DNA of 64,000 bases. It comes from a virus (Duplodnaviria > Heunggongvirae > Uroviricota > Caudoviricetes). This document shows positions 29,701 to 38,530 of this stretch, in pieces. The stretch spans positions 64,001-128,000 of IMG/VR virus record IMGVR_UViG_3300037258_000931, one strand, 5' to 3'. Every line of letters starts with the position of its first letter. Position 1 is the first letter of the stretch. Under the pieces are notes generated by a model that searched no databases, had not been told where the DNA came from, and worked only from the letters and a program-made list of their open reading frames with translations. Made by a program: the position numbers and the translations under genes.

Positions 29701-29791
29701 CGGGACGATCACGCTGGATGTGTTGACGACCGGTGGTGTGCATATTATTTCCGGGGCCGGCGGACCAATATGGGCTGGATTGAGTCAGTGA
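26738..29791 (+). CDS. Tailspike-like protein (signal-like N-terminus, particle-binding-type domain, beta-helix)
   Basis: TVTVYLTGTVNLATIYSD..LTNPFTA..YVFYAANG resembles spike head-binding domains; Asn-rich beta-helix centre; Cys-rich. Confidence 0.6.
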   Translation: MNWNKKIKTWMWAAVLVCGSRLAGAQTSAVNGYCNQGATSAVTSGLKSANYLQGQIPQCTVTVYLTGTVNLATIYSDGAGGTLTNPFTASGNASYVFYAANGIGLDVTKSGGIPPNVYQAPVTDVDVIPGGGSGGGGGSVEPGNTNQAATYPSSGTTVSGSSSLNLASTIRAVGVQDNLVKMPYYTWVCGLGASDEGTATDNCVATDISNGVKGRTYAPSTNASAVTWVESPFAALSVSSGQPPELGSFQLRLVPNLTVTTDAEVDLGFDSLLDCGNGYAGGGGPGSAGTYILPEASGYPTSTLIGLGSLATNATAFAVQGSKLVNCGLSANGRTGMTAVDESQVQEGAKAVNNRMFGFQICFNDDANATDGGAFHFWGNFDNQCEMGDNTDSTVWGARYGYNKQGVEAGIIQNFSAIAGANSNGTVKIGVENDSSGLSIFNMTTESLTYGVLNNAAHSSGKSGNLFVNVGCSPANSASSICGEDDNAGPDWGSIWMNIQGANTDFLQLNEPRAVVRSLHGDPGLGFYAFDAAANTGNATVLTNSPQVANSNLKFGDSYPNLAAWPSVYLPAKTVTLTIGGQTFIADEYMTTSDVSAGTLPDGVASNGDPAAETSAPHSMALVRTGPVPVIFDGATTANDWAVLSTGTVIGSAVGAHDSGSTLPPASGGYLGKIGLSVAAAPPAPTAPTITTTCSGTCATTYSYCWVQKATMDPVDGTQSACSTAGTVSGSALLTFTSYNTISACTTASGTSPCELYETAGPSPGWLVETISSATTVKDNGLIGVTIPGLPSAVGIIAPPVHMEMGATAIIPDATNSSTGLVQCDGSTIVCNSGGVVTTGPGAIMPYYWNSQGNSTGVSFSIVANSQYAIPYPITAQVTFKELCVNVNTLDSGGGLYGLALVKLTVPSCTGAACAATTEAHWSAQTLSATGPFCAANAEGTVTVTPGMYYMVTTGSATTAQWSETNASNTQFSPLTDASAGTSSGGVFGTITLDVLTTGGVHIISGAGGPIWAGLSQ

Positions 29792-29999
29792 AGGATTTTA
29801 TGCGGGGCTCATGCCCTCTTAGCGGCTGGATTTAAGACGTGGGGTGTATCCCCTGCTGAAGGCCGGGAAGACCTATGAAAAAGTTCGGAGACTTTGCATT
29901 GTAGTTTTGGTCCGATTGCTGCTAAACTGGCCGACTTGTCGGAGAAATCTCCAGATGCGGTCACCGCTTTCCGGCGGCGGCGATCACGACGAGGATTCC

Positions 30000-30218
30000 A
30001 TGCGAATGATATGGATCGGCTTAGGATGGCTATCGATCGCAGTCGTGGCGGTGGCATTTTTTTCTGTTTATGTCCGTGGCTGTCGCTGTACTGAGTGCGA
30101 TGGCCAGGGTGGTTTTGAGTCGAGTGCGGGATGGATTCCGTGTTGGAGATGCTCGCCGGCCACGCGGCTCAAAGTAAGGGAAGGGGATACCCCATGGAAT
30201 CGGTTTGGAAGTGGTTAG
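30000..30218 (+). CDS. Small membrane protein with CxxC motifs
   Basis: GAGG RBS, N-terminal TM, CTEC and CWRC. Confidence 0.45.
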   Translation: MRMIWIGLGWLSIAVVAVAFFSVYVRGCRCTECDGQGGFESSAGWIPCWRCSPATRLKVREGDTPWNRFGSG

Positions 30219-30472
30219 GGCGATTCAGCATTACCACCCACAGCGTAACGGCCGCGGCGGCGACGGTGGTGGGCGCATACGCGGCGGTGCCCCAGTTTCA
30301 CGCGCTGGTCCTGAGCTGGTACAAAGCGCTGCCGGCCGGCATTGAGGAAACAGTGGGAGCTGCAGTGGCGGTTTATATGTGGTACCACAGCGGCAAGAAA
30401 CAGCCGCCGGCGGCAGCGCAGTTGGAAGCCGAGAAAGCGTCGGCTACGGTTTCGGGAACGACCGCTCCATAG
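30194..30472 (+). CDS. Holin-like membrane protein
   Basis: Two hydrophobic segments, basic C-terminal KK, close to the endolysin. Confidence 0.45.
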   Translation: MESVWKWLGRFSITTHSVTAAAATVVGAYAAVPQFHALVLSWYKALPAGIEETVGAAVAVYMWYHSGKKQPPAAAQLEAEKASATVSGTTAP

Positions 30473-30496
30473 AAGAGAACGGGAGAAGAGAACGGG

Positions 30497-30859
30497 ATGT
30501 CATCTCCATCAAGAGCATTATGCCTGGTTTGCGGACAGGAATTTGAAGTCGACCAGGACGCTCAAGCGTGTCCGGGATGCGGTGACGATGGGATTCCCGC
30601 GGACCCGGCGGTAAGGCCGCAATTTGCGATTACGTGGCACGAACTCCGCTGTCTGGTGATGTGGGCTGAGCGGTTCGCCAGCGGGCACTCGGATGCCGAC
30701 GGTGGGAAGATGCAGCGGGTAGTGTACGGCATAGCCGATCGGCTACATCTGCAGCACATGGACGGGCCGCCGCTTACGTTTGCGCAGGAGCTGGCGGGAT
30801 TGCGTGGGATGGAAGGGGTAAGGGTGGTGACGCAGAATTTGATTAAGGAACTGGAATGA
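30497..30859 (+). CDS. Hypothetical zinc-ribbon protein
   Basis: CLVC and CPGC. Confidence 0.55.
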   Translation: MSSPSRALCLVCGQEFEVDQDAQACPGCGDDGIPADPAVRPQFAITWHELRCLVMWAERFASGHSDADGGKMQRVVYGIADRLHLQHMDGPPLTFAQELAGLRGMEGVRVVTQNLIKELE

Positions 30860-31353
30860 TGGCGGAATTTCCCCCGGCGCTGAACTGGGTACTCGATTTC
30901 GAGGACCCACGCCGAGAGTATGAGGACGTACCGGACGCGGGCGGTCGTTCGATCGCGGGCATAAATTCGCGAGCGTGGCCGCACTGGTACTCGATGGTCC
31001 TGGCGACTGCGCAGAATGAGAGAGCGGCGCCGGTATCAGACTTCTACGTACGCAATTTCTGGCGACCAATGAACCTGGCGCCGATTTATTCGCAGGATCT
31101 TGTGGATCGGGTGTTTGATGCGGGAGTGAATATGGGCGCAGTGACGGCAGTGAAGCTGTTGCAGCGCGCTCTAGGCGTGGCCGCCGACGGCAAGTTGGGT
31201 CCGGTAACCATGGCCGTTCTTAACCTGGTGGACCCTGGGGCGATGCTGGACACTTTCAGACAATTTCGTGTGCATGAGTACAAGGCGCTGGTTGCGGCCG
31301 CCCCGGAGAAGGCCGAGTACCTGGAAGCGTGGCTAAAGCGGGCTGAAGCGTGA
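30856..31353 (+). CDS. Endolysin, glycoside hydrolase family 108 with PG-binding domain
   Basis: E..D.GG..AGI catalytic region, FDAGVNMG, LLQRALGVAADGKLGPVT. Confidence 0.85.
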   Translation: MMAEFPPALNWVLDFEDPRREYEDVPDAGGRSIAGINSRAWPHWYSMVLATAQNERAAPVSDFYVRNFWRPMNLAPIYSQDLVDRVFDAGVNMGAVTAVKLLQRALGVAADGKLGPVTMAVLNLVDPGAMLDTFRQFRVHEYKALVAAAPEKAEYLEAWLKRAEA

Positions 31354-31553
31354 GCCGGGAACAGCGTGAGGAGAAAGAGATGGACGAATCTCTGGAAATT
31401 CGAAAATACGTCTGCTCGTGTCTCTGCGAATTCTTTATGCCGAACGGGATCGAACCGAACTTTTGCCCATTTTGCGGCGGCGCATGTGCCGCATTCAAGG
31501 ACCTGCCGCAGAGCCCTAACGATATTGGACGTTACGAGGAGCCGGCTGCGTGA
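31350..31553 (+). CDS. Small Cys-rich protein
   Basis: CSCLC and CPFC; 4-nt overlaps. Confidence 0.45.
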   Translation: MSREQREEKEMDESLEIRKYVCSCLCEFFMPNGIEPNFCPFCGGACAAFKDLPQSPNDIGRYEEPAA

Positions 31554-31963
31554 ACGACTTTCACAAGCATGTGGTGGTGTGGCTGATGCTGACCCTGATC
31601 TGCCCGGCGCAGACCGTGAGTGTTGATTGCATTCAGCCTTTAAGCACTCATGCGACCTTTATGGTTGCGAATGGATACTGGGCCTGCGCGACGCGAGAAA
31701 GCATCGTGGCGTTGCAAGGATCGTGTCCCAGCGGAACCTATTCGAGTGGAGTCTATGCGGAGATCGTTCACTGCTACACAGTCGAGCAGATCGTTCAACA
31801 GGACTCCATTGCCCTCGAAGGCGGCCCCGACCCAGAATGGATGGCAGGATGGAAGCCTACTCCCCTCCCTGCGGCGAATCCGGGCATCTGCCTGAATTCG
31901 CGTTGGCGGCGGTTCTGGGGCGGTCAGCGCTGGCGGTTGTGCAGGAAGGGTGAACGCCGTTAG
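31550..31963 (+). CDS. Cys-rich protein with hydrophobic N-terminus
   Basis: HVVVWLMLTLICPA; several Cys. Confidence 0.5.
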   Translation: MNDFHKHVVVWLMLTLICPAQTVSVDCIQPLSTHATFMVANGYWACATRESIVALQGSCPSGTYSSGVYAEIVHCYTVEQIVQQDSIALEGGPDPEWMAGWKPTPLPAANPGICLNSRWRRFWGGQRWRLCRKGERR

Positions 31964-31971
31964 GAGGACCT

Positions 31972-32175
31972 ATGCCGGCCAGCGAAGTAATGAAGCTCTA
32001 TCGGGAACACAAACTGCATTCCGGCCGCGGCGGCAAGATTGTCCGCAGCAAGAAGCAGGCCAAGGCGATTTTGCTGAGTTATCTGCGCAAGGAAGGACAG
32101 ATTCCGGCCCGGACCAAAAAGGGTAAAAAGAAAGGCAAGACAGCGCCGCGAAAGCGGACTACCATAAAAAAATAA
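31972..32175 (+). CDS. Basic DUF6496-like protein
   Basis: EVMKLYREHKLHSGRGGKIVRSKKQAKAI resembles the DUF6496 pattern (recollection); AGGAGG RBS. Confidence 0.6.
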   Translation: MPASEVMKLYREHKLHSGRGGKIVRSKKQAKAILLSYLRKEGQIPARTKKGKKKGKTAPRKRTTIKK

Positions 32176-32278
32176 CGAGCGGCATGCCCCCCGGCCGAGG
32201 TCAGTTTCCAGATCTGACGCTAGTCCGGGAAGACGCAATGGCTCAAGTCCAGCAATGGCCTTGAGCCATTGCTGTTTT
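32175..32278 (+). ncRNA. Structured cis-regulatory RNA element, copy 5
   Basis: ACGAGCGGCATGCCC CCCGG..CCGGG AAGAC GCAATGGCTCAAG..CCA GCAA TGG..CTTGAGCCATTGC TGTTTT. Confidence 0.7.
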
Positions 32279-32293
32279 GCGCAGGGGGAGAGC

Positions 32294-32551
32294 ATGGCGA
32301 AGCTCAGCTACAAGAAGCGGAAGAAGCTACCGGGCAAGGATTTTGCCGAGCCCGGCAAGCGCAAGTATCCGGTGAACGACAAGGCGCACGCGCGCAATGC
32401 GCTGGCGCGGGTTTCCCAGCACGGCACGGCTGCCGAGAAGGCCGCGGTGCGCAAAAAGGTGCACGCCAAATTCCCGGAGATCGGGGAGCATCGGAAGAAG
32501 GCTCCGCACCGCAAGCGCTCGTCGCGCAAGAAGAGCTGGATGAAGGCGTGA
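32294..32551 (+). CDS. Basic DUF6582-like protein
   Basis: LSYKKRKKLPGKDFAEPGKRKYPVNDKAHARNALARVSQ resembles the DUF6582 pattern (recollection). Confidence 0.65.
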   Translation: MAKLSYKKRKKLPGKDFAEPGKRKYPVNDKAHARNALARVSQHGTAAEKAAVRKKVHAKFPEIGEHRKKAPHRKRSSRKKSWMKA

Positions 32552-32622
32552 AGGGCAGTGGCCAGAGATCAGTGGTCAGTGGTCGGGGGTCAGTTTTTTG
32601 TGGTGAGTTGAGGTTTGTGGTC

Positions 32623-32662
32623 TCCCACCCATCGCGAAGAGCGCGATGGATGGGACACCCGG
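32623..32662. repeat. REP-like palindrome family B, copy 2
   Basis: TCCCACCCATCGCGAAGAGCGCGATGGATGGGACACCCGG. Confidence 0.65.
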
Positions 32663-32702
32663 CTGTGGCTGATTATAGACGGCTGTAAGGACGGGATTCG
32701 GG

Positions 32703-34019
32703 ATGGGAACTTATAGCTGGCTCCAGTTCGTGACGGCGCGGCAGCAGCTCGCGCTGCGGTTGTCTGACAGCGGAAACCTGTTTTGGACCGATGCCGAAAA
32801 CGGGCTGTATATTCAGAAGGCGCTGCGCATGTTCAATGCGCTGACCTATACCTGGAAGACGGATTTCGCCTACAACTCGCCGAGCCTGTGGAACTCGCTG
32901 GGGGCTCTGACCGGCTCGCCGCGGCTGCGAACATTGACCGATACCAACTCCTACACGATGCTGGAGTACCATCTGCTGGAGCCGCCTACGGGAGGCATCT
33001 GGACGGGTACGACGCAGTTCAACATCAACGACCTTTCGCAGGCGCTGCAGCGGCGGCGCGACGAGATGCTGCAGGTGTCGAACGCCAACCAGCTCCTGCT
33101 GAGCGGGATCGGGTTGACGCCTGGGACCCGGCGCACCAATCTGCCGGACACGGTGATCGACGTAGAGCGGGTGCGGTATATCACGGTGGACAGTTCGGCA
33201 ACCACGCTGTATCGCGATGACACGGTGGCACAGGAGTTTTACGAGGCCGGTTTCTGGCAGGCCACGCCGGGAACTCCGCAGACGTTCATGTTGACGTCAG
33301 AACCGCCGCTCTCCTGGGATGTGGATATTCCCCCCGCTCAGCCGGGGACTTATGAAGCGGTGGTGCTCGAATCCGGGGCGCCGTTCAATCCGCCGGCGTC
33401 GACGCTGATGGGGATTCCCAACGATTTTGTGTGGGTGGCGGAGTGGGGAGCGCTGGCCGACATGCTGGGCACGGAAAGTGAGTCCACCGACCGGGAGCGG
33501 GCGAGCTACTGCCTGCGGCGATATCAGGATGGTTTGAATTTACTGCTGAAGACGCCGTGGGTGATGCTGGGCAAGGTGAACGGGGTGGCGTGCGATGTGC
33601 CCTCGATCGCGGCGATGGACCGTTATGTGCCGGAGTGGGATTCAACGCCGACGACTTTTGGACCCGCGCTGGTGGTGGGGGGAATCGATTTTGTGGCTGC
33701 GCCGGTGAACTCCGGGATTGGCGTAACGGTGTTAGGCAATGCCCCGGTGCCGGTGGGGGACAGCGACTACGTGCAGGTGTCGCGCAGCAACTGGGATGCA
33801 GTGCTGGACCTGGCGCAGAGTTTCGCCTGTTTCAAAATGGGCGGCGCGGAGTTCCAGCAGGCGCTGGAGCTGGAGGCGAGGGCCATCCAAGCGTGCGCGG
33901 CGGAGAATTCCCGGTTGAAGAGCATGGGATGCTTTGCGGATATTCTGGTGCAGCGCGGGCAGGCCCAGGATCGCAACCAGGAGCGGTATAACAGCGCGCA
34001 GCAGAAGGGGACAGCATGA
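32703..34019 (+). CDS. Putative head-tail connector/adaptor
   Basis: Directly precedes the large nozzle-like gene; synteny only. Confidence 0.5.
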   Translation: MGTYSWLQFVTARQQLALRLSDSGNLFWTDAENGLYIQKALRMFNALTYTWKTDFAYNSPSLWNSLGALTGSPRLRTLTDTNSYTMLEYHLLEPPTGGIWTGTTQFNINDLSQALQRRRDEMLQVSNANQLLLSGIGLTPGTRRTNLPDTVIDVERVRYITVDSSATTLYRDDTVAQEFYEAGFWQATPGTPQTFMLTSEPPLSWDVDIPPAQPGTYEAVVLESGAPFNPPASTLMGIPNDFVWVAEWGALADMLGTESESTDRERASYCLRRYQDGLNLLLKTPWVMLGKVNGVACDVPSIAAMDRYVPEWDSTPTTFGPALVVGGIDFVAAPVNSGIGVTVLGNAPVPVGDSDYVQVSRSNWDAVLDLAQSFACFKMGGAEFQQALELEARAIQACAAENSRLKSMGCFADILVQRGQAQDRNQERYNSAQQKGTA

Positions 34020-34171
34020 GCATGGGAGCGAATCAGGACCGAAAGACAGGCGCGCCGGGGCTGAAGACCTGGCGGCGCCCGGGGGGCATTTCGCCCAGCG
34101 GTTTTTCGATGCTGGCGGTTACGAAGACGAAAAACAGCAAGAAGGCGAGCAAGAAGAGCGCGGCGAAGTAG
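34016..34171 (+). CDS. Small Lys-rich peptide (51 aa, ends KTKNSKKASKKSAAK)
   Basis: ATGA overlap with the upstream stop; read by hand. Confidence 0.4.
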   Translation: MSMGANQDRKTGAPGLKTWRRPGGISPSGFSMLAVTKTKNSKKASKKSAAK

Positions 34172-34190
34172 CGTGGCCCAAAACGGTTCG

Positions 34191-34219
34191 TTGTGTTGAA
34201 GGTTTTGTGGCGGTATTCT
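34191..34219 (+). promoter_or_regulatory. Candidate promoter ahead of RNA element 6
   Basis: TTGTGT-N17-TATTCT; same pattern at 39681. Confidence 0.5.
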
Positions 34220-34231
34220 CGAAGAGCAATC

Positions 34232-34310
34232 CGAGACGCATGCCCCTCGCCCGCGGCGAGAACAAGCAATGGCTCAAGACCAGAGATGGCCTTGGGCCAT
34301 TTTCTTTTTC
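34232..34310 (+). ncRNA. Structured cis-regulatory RNA element, copy 6
   Basis: GAGACGCATGCCC CTCGCC CGC GGCGAG AACAAGC AATGGCTCAAG..CCA GAGA TGG CCTTGGGCCATTTTCTTTTT. Confidence 0.75.
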
Positions 34311-34319
34311 GGGGTGTGC

Positions 34320-37300
34320 GTGGCCAATCCTCAAAACTATCAGCGCAGCGCGAACGGCATTCGCTTTGAGCCGGGGGGCATGGACACAGTTCATCCTCTC
34401 GATGCGTTGCCGCCGGCTAAATACGGTTACCTGCAGAATGTTCGGGCTTATCGGCAATTGCAGATCGCGGCGCGGTCCACGGAGAGCGCGGCGCTGGTAA
34501 GCGCGCTGCCGGGCGTGGTGCATTCTCTGCGGTTGTTGAACGATACCACTCCGGGCGGACCGGCCGCGGGTTACGTCCGAGTGATCGGCGCCGCCGGAGC
34601 GCTGTACGTGAATTCGATGGAGGTGGGGACGGGCTACAGCGCCAATCCGGTGTCGCTGTGCCCTTTTCGGCCGAATGCTTCTGTAAAGCCCTATATGTAT
34701 ACCGGCGATTCGTCGGAGAGTGTGACCATCGACACCGAGTATGTGATCGACGGGACCCCAACCACGTTTGACTGCACGGGCATGACCAAGGTGCGCTCCG
34801 ACGGGGTGATCTTCAAAACGGGGGTGGCCGAGCCGCAGATCGCGCCCATGGTTTCGACTGCGGACTACACCACGATGGGCACCGACCTGTTGCCGGCCAC
34901 GGCCGTTCCATGGACCAATGTGGGCGGAGTGAACCCGGAGTACAACTACGGCCAGACAAATGGCGCAGACGGGACGGCACCGATCGTGATCACAGGCGGC
35001 GGCCCGACGCTGGTGTACGGGTCGACGATCACGCTGACCGTTACGGGCTCTGCCACGGTGAACGGAACAACGCATGGGCCCGGCGATTCGGGACCTAGTT
35101 CGAGCACCTATCCTGGCGCTTTTATCGTGAGCCCGACGATTGTGGTGGGCGCTTTCACCGATATCAGCGGCAACGTGGTACCGCCGACGACGGGCGAGAC
35201 GCTGGTGTTTCCGATTGGGGCCAGCGCCACGCTGACGGTGCCCGCCAATGCGGCTCAACTGCAGGTGGGCATCGATTCCTCGGCCAACACTTTTTCGGCC
35301 AACAGCGGCAGTTTCAGCATCGACTGGTCGGTAACGGTGAGCGCCGTAGCCACGGTGATTTCGACCTTAGGCAATGTGACGGCTTATGTGTGGGGAACGC
35401 CGCCGCCTACCGGGGGAGGTTCGCCGCATACAGGCCCCGTGGCGTCTTACATCTGGAAGAATCCGAACGACGTGGGCACGGGCATTCCTCGCTCGATTAC
35501 CGACCCGGTCCCGGATGGATCGCCCACTAATAACTCGTGGGTACTCGATTCATCGCCGGAGAATGGCACGGTTCCGGTGAACTGGAACGTACTCAATGCG
35601 GATGGGTCGATCGCGAGCACCATTCCCCTTTTCGATCCGCAGCTTGAGTCGGAGGGATACCAGGACTTTAACTGCTGCATCGTCGGCAATCTGTTTGTGC
35701 CGGCGGCAGGCAGCTATTCGTTCACCGTCCAGTACAAAGACCAGATCATGGTGGGCTTTGGCGGCGGAGCGACGGTGGTGTATTCCTCCGGAGCCACGGG
35801 CATGACTACGGGCAGCAACGGGCAAACGCTCACCGTGGTCAACGCGCTGCCGCTGGGCTTTGTTAGCGTTGCGGATGGGGGGGGAGGCTCGAAGTCTACC
35901 ACTTTCAGCGTTACGTTCCCTGGGACCGGAGTCTACGCGCTCGAAATCGACTGGGATTACTGGGACAAGAGCGGCCGGTCGCTGATTCTGACCACGCCTT
36001 CTTCGTCACCGAACTCACCGACGATTCCGCCGCTGCCGGTGGGGGTGAGGACCGGGGTGCAGTACCGGTACGTCTATCGCAGCTCGGTGACCGGAGCGCT
36101 CTCCAACCCTTCGCCCGAATCGCCGCTGCAGCAGACGCCGGTGCTGGCCAACGAGGTGACCTCGGTTTATTCCACCGATCCGCAGGTGGACAAGGTGGAT
36201 TATTACCGGCTGGACGAGGCGCTTACCAACTTTACCTACGTGGCCACCGGGCCAAATGACGGCCTGGGGGGCACCGTGGACGGGGTGACCTACAACACGC
36301 CGATCGAAGACGAGCTTTCAGACACGGCGGCGGCGGCGAACCCGCTGCTGGAGTTCGATAACTTCGAACCTTTCCCTGCAGTAGATCTGCCGCGCAAAGG
36401 AGTGATCGACATCACCGGCGGGGTGGCCACCTGGATCTCCGGAGATCAGTTCGACGTTCGCTGGCTGCCTGGAACGGACGTTTTGGTGGGCTCACCGACC
36501 GCGTTGGCTTATACGACCACGGCGCGGCCGACCTCGACAACGACGCTGTCGCTCGAAGATGTGCCGGACGGCACCAATGTGGCGTATGAGATTCCCGAGC
36601 CGCTGCTGGCCGCGCAGCCGTTGCCTTACCTATGGGGTCCGACGGACAACACGGCGTATATGTTCGGGGTGGGCGATCCACTGAACCCAGGAACGCTTTA
36701 TTTCACCAAGGGCAACAATCCCGACGCGGCTCCGGATACCAACCAGATCGCGGTGACCAGCCCGGCCGAACCGCTGATCAACGGATGCATCACGTCGGGA
36801 CTGGGCATGGTGTTTTCAGCCGAGCGGCGGTGGCTGATCTATCCGACTTTTACCACCGCCCTGGCCACAGTGAGCGGCGTGGCCGGCAGCCCGTTCAACC
36901 TGGTGCTGGGATCTTCCGAGCGTGGTTTGTTTATTGCCACCTGCATTACGACGGATGGTGGCAGTGTGGCATTTTTCCGGGCCAAGGACGGCATTTACGC
37001 TTGTAATTTCGGAGGCACGGACCAGTTTCTCTGCGCCGATATCTACAACCTGTTCCCGCGAGAAGGCATTACGCCGCAGCCGGTGACGGTGGCTGGCAAC
37101 ACGATCTGGCCGCCGGACGACCAGCGTCCGAATGCGCAGAAGCTGGCTTACGCGACCGGCTATCTGTATTACGACTATGAAGATCTATACGGAGTTCCAC
37201 GCACCCTGGTGTATGACACCATCGCCAAGGGATGGTCAGTGGATGTGGGCGAGTATCCGTTTACAGCCCATGCTCTTGAGGAAGGGCCGGAGACCAACAC

Positions 37301-38333
37301 GGTGATGGTAGGCTGCGCGGACTCCAGCGTGCGGACGTTGGGACTGGCGAACTACGAAACCGGCAACGCGGTGGTGGTGCCGGGGGCGCAGAATGCCGGC
37401 GACGCCCGCGCCTTCAAGCGCATTGGCGACGTGTTTATCAAAGCGATCGTTACCGACTCCGGTGCGGTAAACGTAAATCTCTATTCAAATCGCTACGCGA
37501 CGGCGTTGACCGGATTTTCGCCTACGTCATTGACGGGAACCGGTGGGCTGCTCCCCTACGTGGTGGACTTTACGGACGGCTATGGCTACGACTTGATCGA
37601 CATTGGAGTGTCGCTGACCTGGCCGCTTTCAGCGGGCAACATTCTCGATCTGTGGCAGCCGGACTGGATCAATCTGCCGGAGTCCACGCAGGACCGGCCG
37701 ACGGACTGGGACGACGGAGGAACGACTGGCAACAAGTTTGTGCAGGGAATGATTCTGGAAGCTGACACGTTCAACGTGCCGAAGCTGGTGCAGGTGCAAC
37801 GGGCGGACGATTTAAGTATCCTGACGCCGAACGAGGCGCCGATTACTTACAACAAGCAGAGTATCAAGCCGCTGACGTTTACGCCGCCCTTTGTGGCGCA
37901 CTCGTTCCGGGTGGTAAGCACGGACGGAGTGCCGTGGCGGATGTGGGGGGTGAAGTGGATTTACCAACCCTTTCCGGAGTCGACGGTGGAGTGGCAGACG
38001 GAATTTACCTCGCACGGGATGCCCGGGTGGCAGCACTTGCGGGAGATGAACATCGCCTATCTTTCGACCACGGCGCTGACGTTGACGCTGAACTTCGACC
38101 AGTGGCCGACGATCACGCTGACCATCCCGAGTTCGAACGGGGCGCAGTTCAAATACAAGACGCCGATCCCGGCCAACAAGTGGAAGCTGATCTCGTATGG
38201 GATCACTTCGACGGCGCCGTTTTATCTGTTCAAGGACCAGTGTGAAGCGAAGGTAAAGCCGTGGGGATCGAGCGGGCCGTATTCGATCATCACGCCGTTT
38301 GGCGGACCGGAACAACTGGGAGCGGTGGTTTAG
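34320..38333 (+). CDS. Probable tail nozzle/stabilisation protein with a PA14-like insertion
   Basis: 1337 aa beta-rich protein before the ejection genes; GNLFVPAAGSYSFTV..GVYALEIDW PA14-type pattern. Confidence 0.55.
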   Translation: MANPQNYQRSANGIRFEPGGMDTVHPLDALPPAKYGYLQNVRAYRQLQIAARSTESAALVSALPGVVHSLRLLNDTTPGGPAAGYVRVIGAAGALYVNSMEVGTGYSANPVSLCPFRPNASVKPYMYTGDSSESVTIDTEYVIDGTPTTFDCTGMTKVRSDGVIFKTGVAEPQIAPMVSTADYTTMGTDLLPATAVPWTNVGGVNPEYNYGQTNGADGTAPIVITGGGPTLVYGSTITLTVTGSATVNGTTHGPGDSGPSSSTYPGAFIVSPTIVVGAFTDISGNVVPPTTGETLVFPIGASATLTVPANAAQLQVGIDSSANTFSANSGSFSIDWSVTVSAVATVISTLGNVTAYVWGTPPPTGGGSPHTGPVASYIWKNPNDVGTGIPRSITDPVPDGSPTNNSWVLDSSPENGTVPVNWNVLNADGSIASTIPLFDPQLESEGYQDFNCCIVGNLFVPAAGSYSFTVQYKDQIMVGFGGGATVVYSSGATGMTTGSNGQTLTVVNALPLGFVSVADGGGGSKSTTFSVTFPGTGVYALEIDWDYWDKSGRSLILTTPSSSPNSPTIPPLPVGVRTGVQYRYVYRSSVTGALSNPSPESPLQQTPVLANEVTSVYSTDPQVDKVDYYRLDEALTNFTYVATGPNDGLGGTVDGVTYNTPIEDELSDTAAAANPLLEFDNFEPFPAVDLPRKGVIDITGGVATWISGDQFDVRWLPGTDVLVGSPTALAYTTTARPTSTTTLSLEDVPDGTNVAYEIPEPLLAAQPLPYLWGPTDNTAYMFGVGDPLNPGTLYFTKGNNPDAAPDTNQIAVTSPAEPLINGCITSGLGMVFSAERRWLIYPTFTTALATVSGVAGSPFNLVLGSSERGLFIATCITTDGGSVAFFRAKDGIYACNFGGTDQFLCADIYNLFPREGITPQPVTVAGNTIWPPDDQRPNAQKLAYATGYLYYDYEDLYGVPRTLVYDTIAKGWSVDVGEYPFTAHALEEGPETNTVMVGCADSSVRTLGLANYETGNAVVVPGAQNAGDARAFKRIGDVFIKAIVTDSGAVNVNLYSNRYATALTGFSPTSLTGTGGLLPYVVDFTDGYGYDLIDIGVSLTWPLSAGNILDLWQPDWINLPESTQDRPTDWDDGGTTGNKFVQGMILEADTFNVPKLVQVQRADDLSILTPNEAPITYNKQSIKPLTFTPPFVAHSFRVVSTDGVPWRMWGVKWIYQPFPESTVEWQTEFTSHGMPGWQHLREMNIAYLSTTALTLTLNFDQWPTITLTIPSSNGAQFKYKTPIPANKWKLISYGITSTAPFYLFKDQCEAKVKPWGSSGPYSIITPFGGPEQLGAVV

Positions 38334-38350
38334 GTGCGGTTGGCAGAGAC

Positions 38351-38510
38351 CAGGGATCAGTTGTCAGGGATCAGGGATCAGTTAGAAGCAAGAACAAAAG
38401 CAAGAGCAACCGCGGGTCCTTCGGCTCCGGTCGCTTTGCTCCCTTCGCTCAGGATGACAGGCTTTTGCTTTTCTCTGACCCCTGATCTCTGATCCCTGAC
38501 CCCTGATCCC
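38351..38510. mobile_element. Composite MITE/REP-like element family A, copy 1
   Basis: (CAGGGAT)n left arm, AAAAGC tract, core GGTCCTTCGGCTCCGGTCGCTTTGCTCCCTTCGCTCAGGATGACA, GCTTTT tract, (CTGATCC)n right arm. Confidence 0.7.
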
Positions 38511-38530
38511 CGCTTGTGAAAGGTTGGGCT

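Noticed and set aside
7312-34310. Conserved peptide MP..NKQWL(R/K)T in front of several late genes
   Set aside because: The frame is not kept in copy 3, copy 7 lacks the ATG, and changes are base-pair compensatory, so conservation is at RNA level
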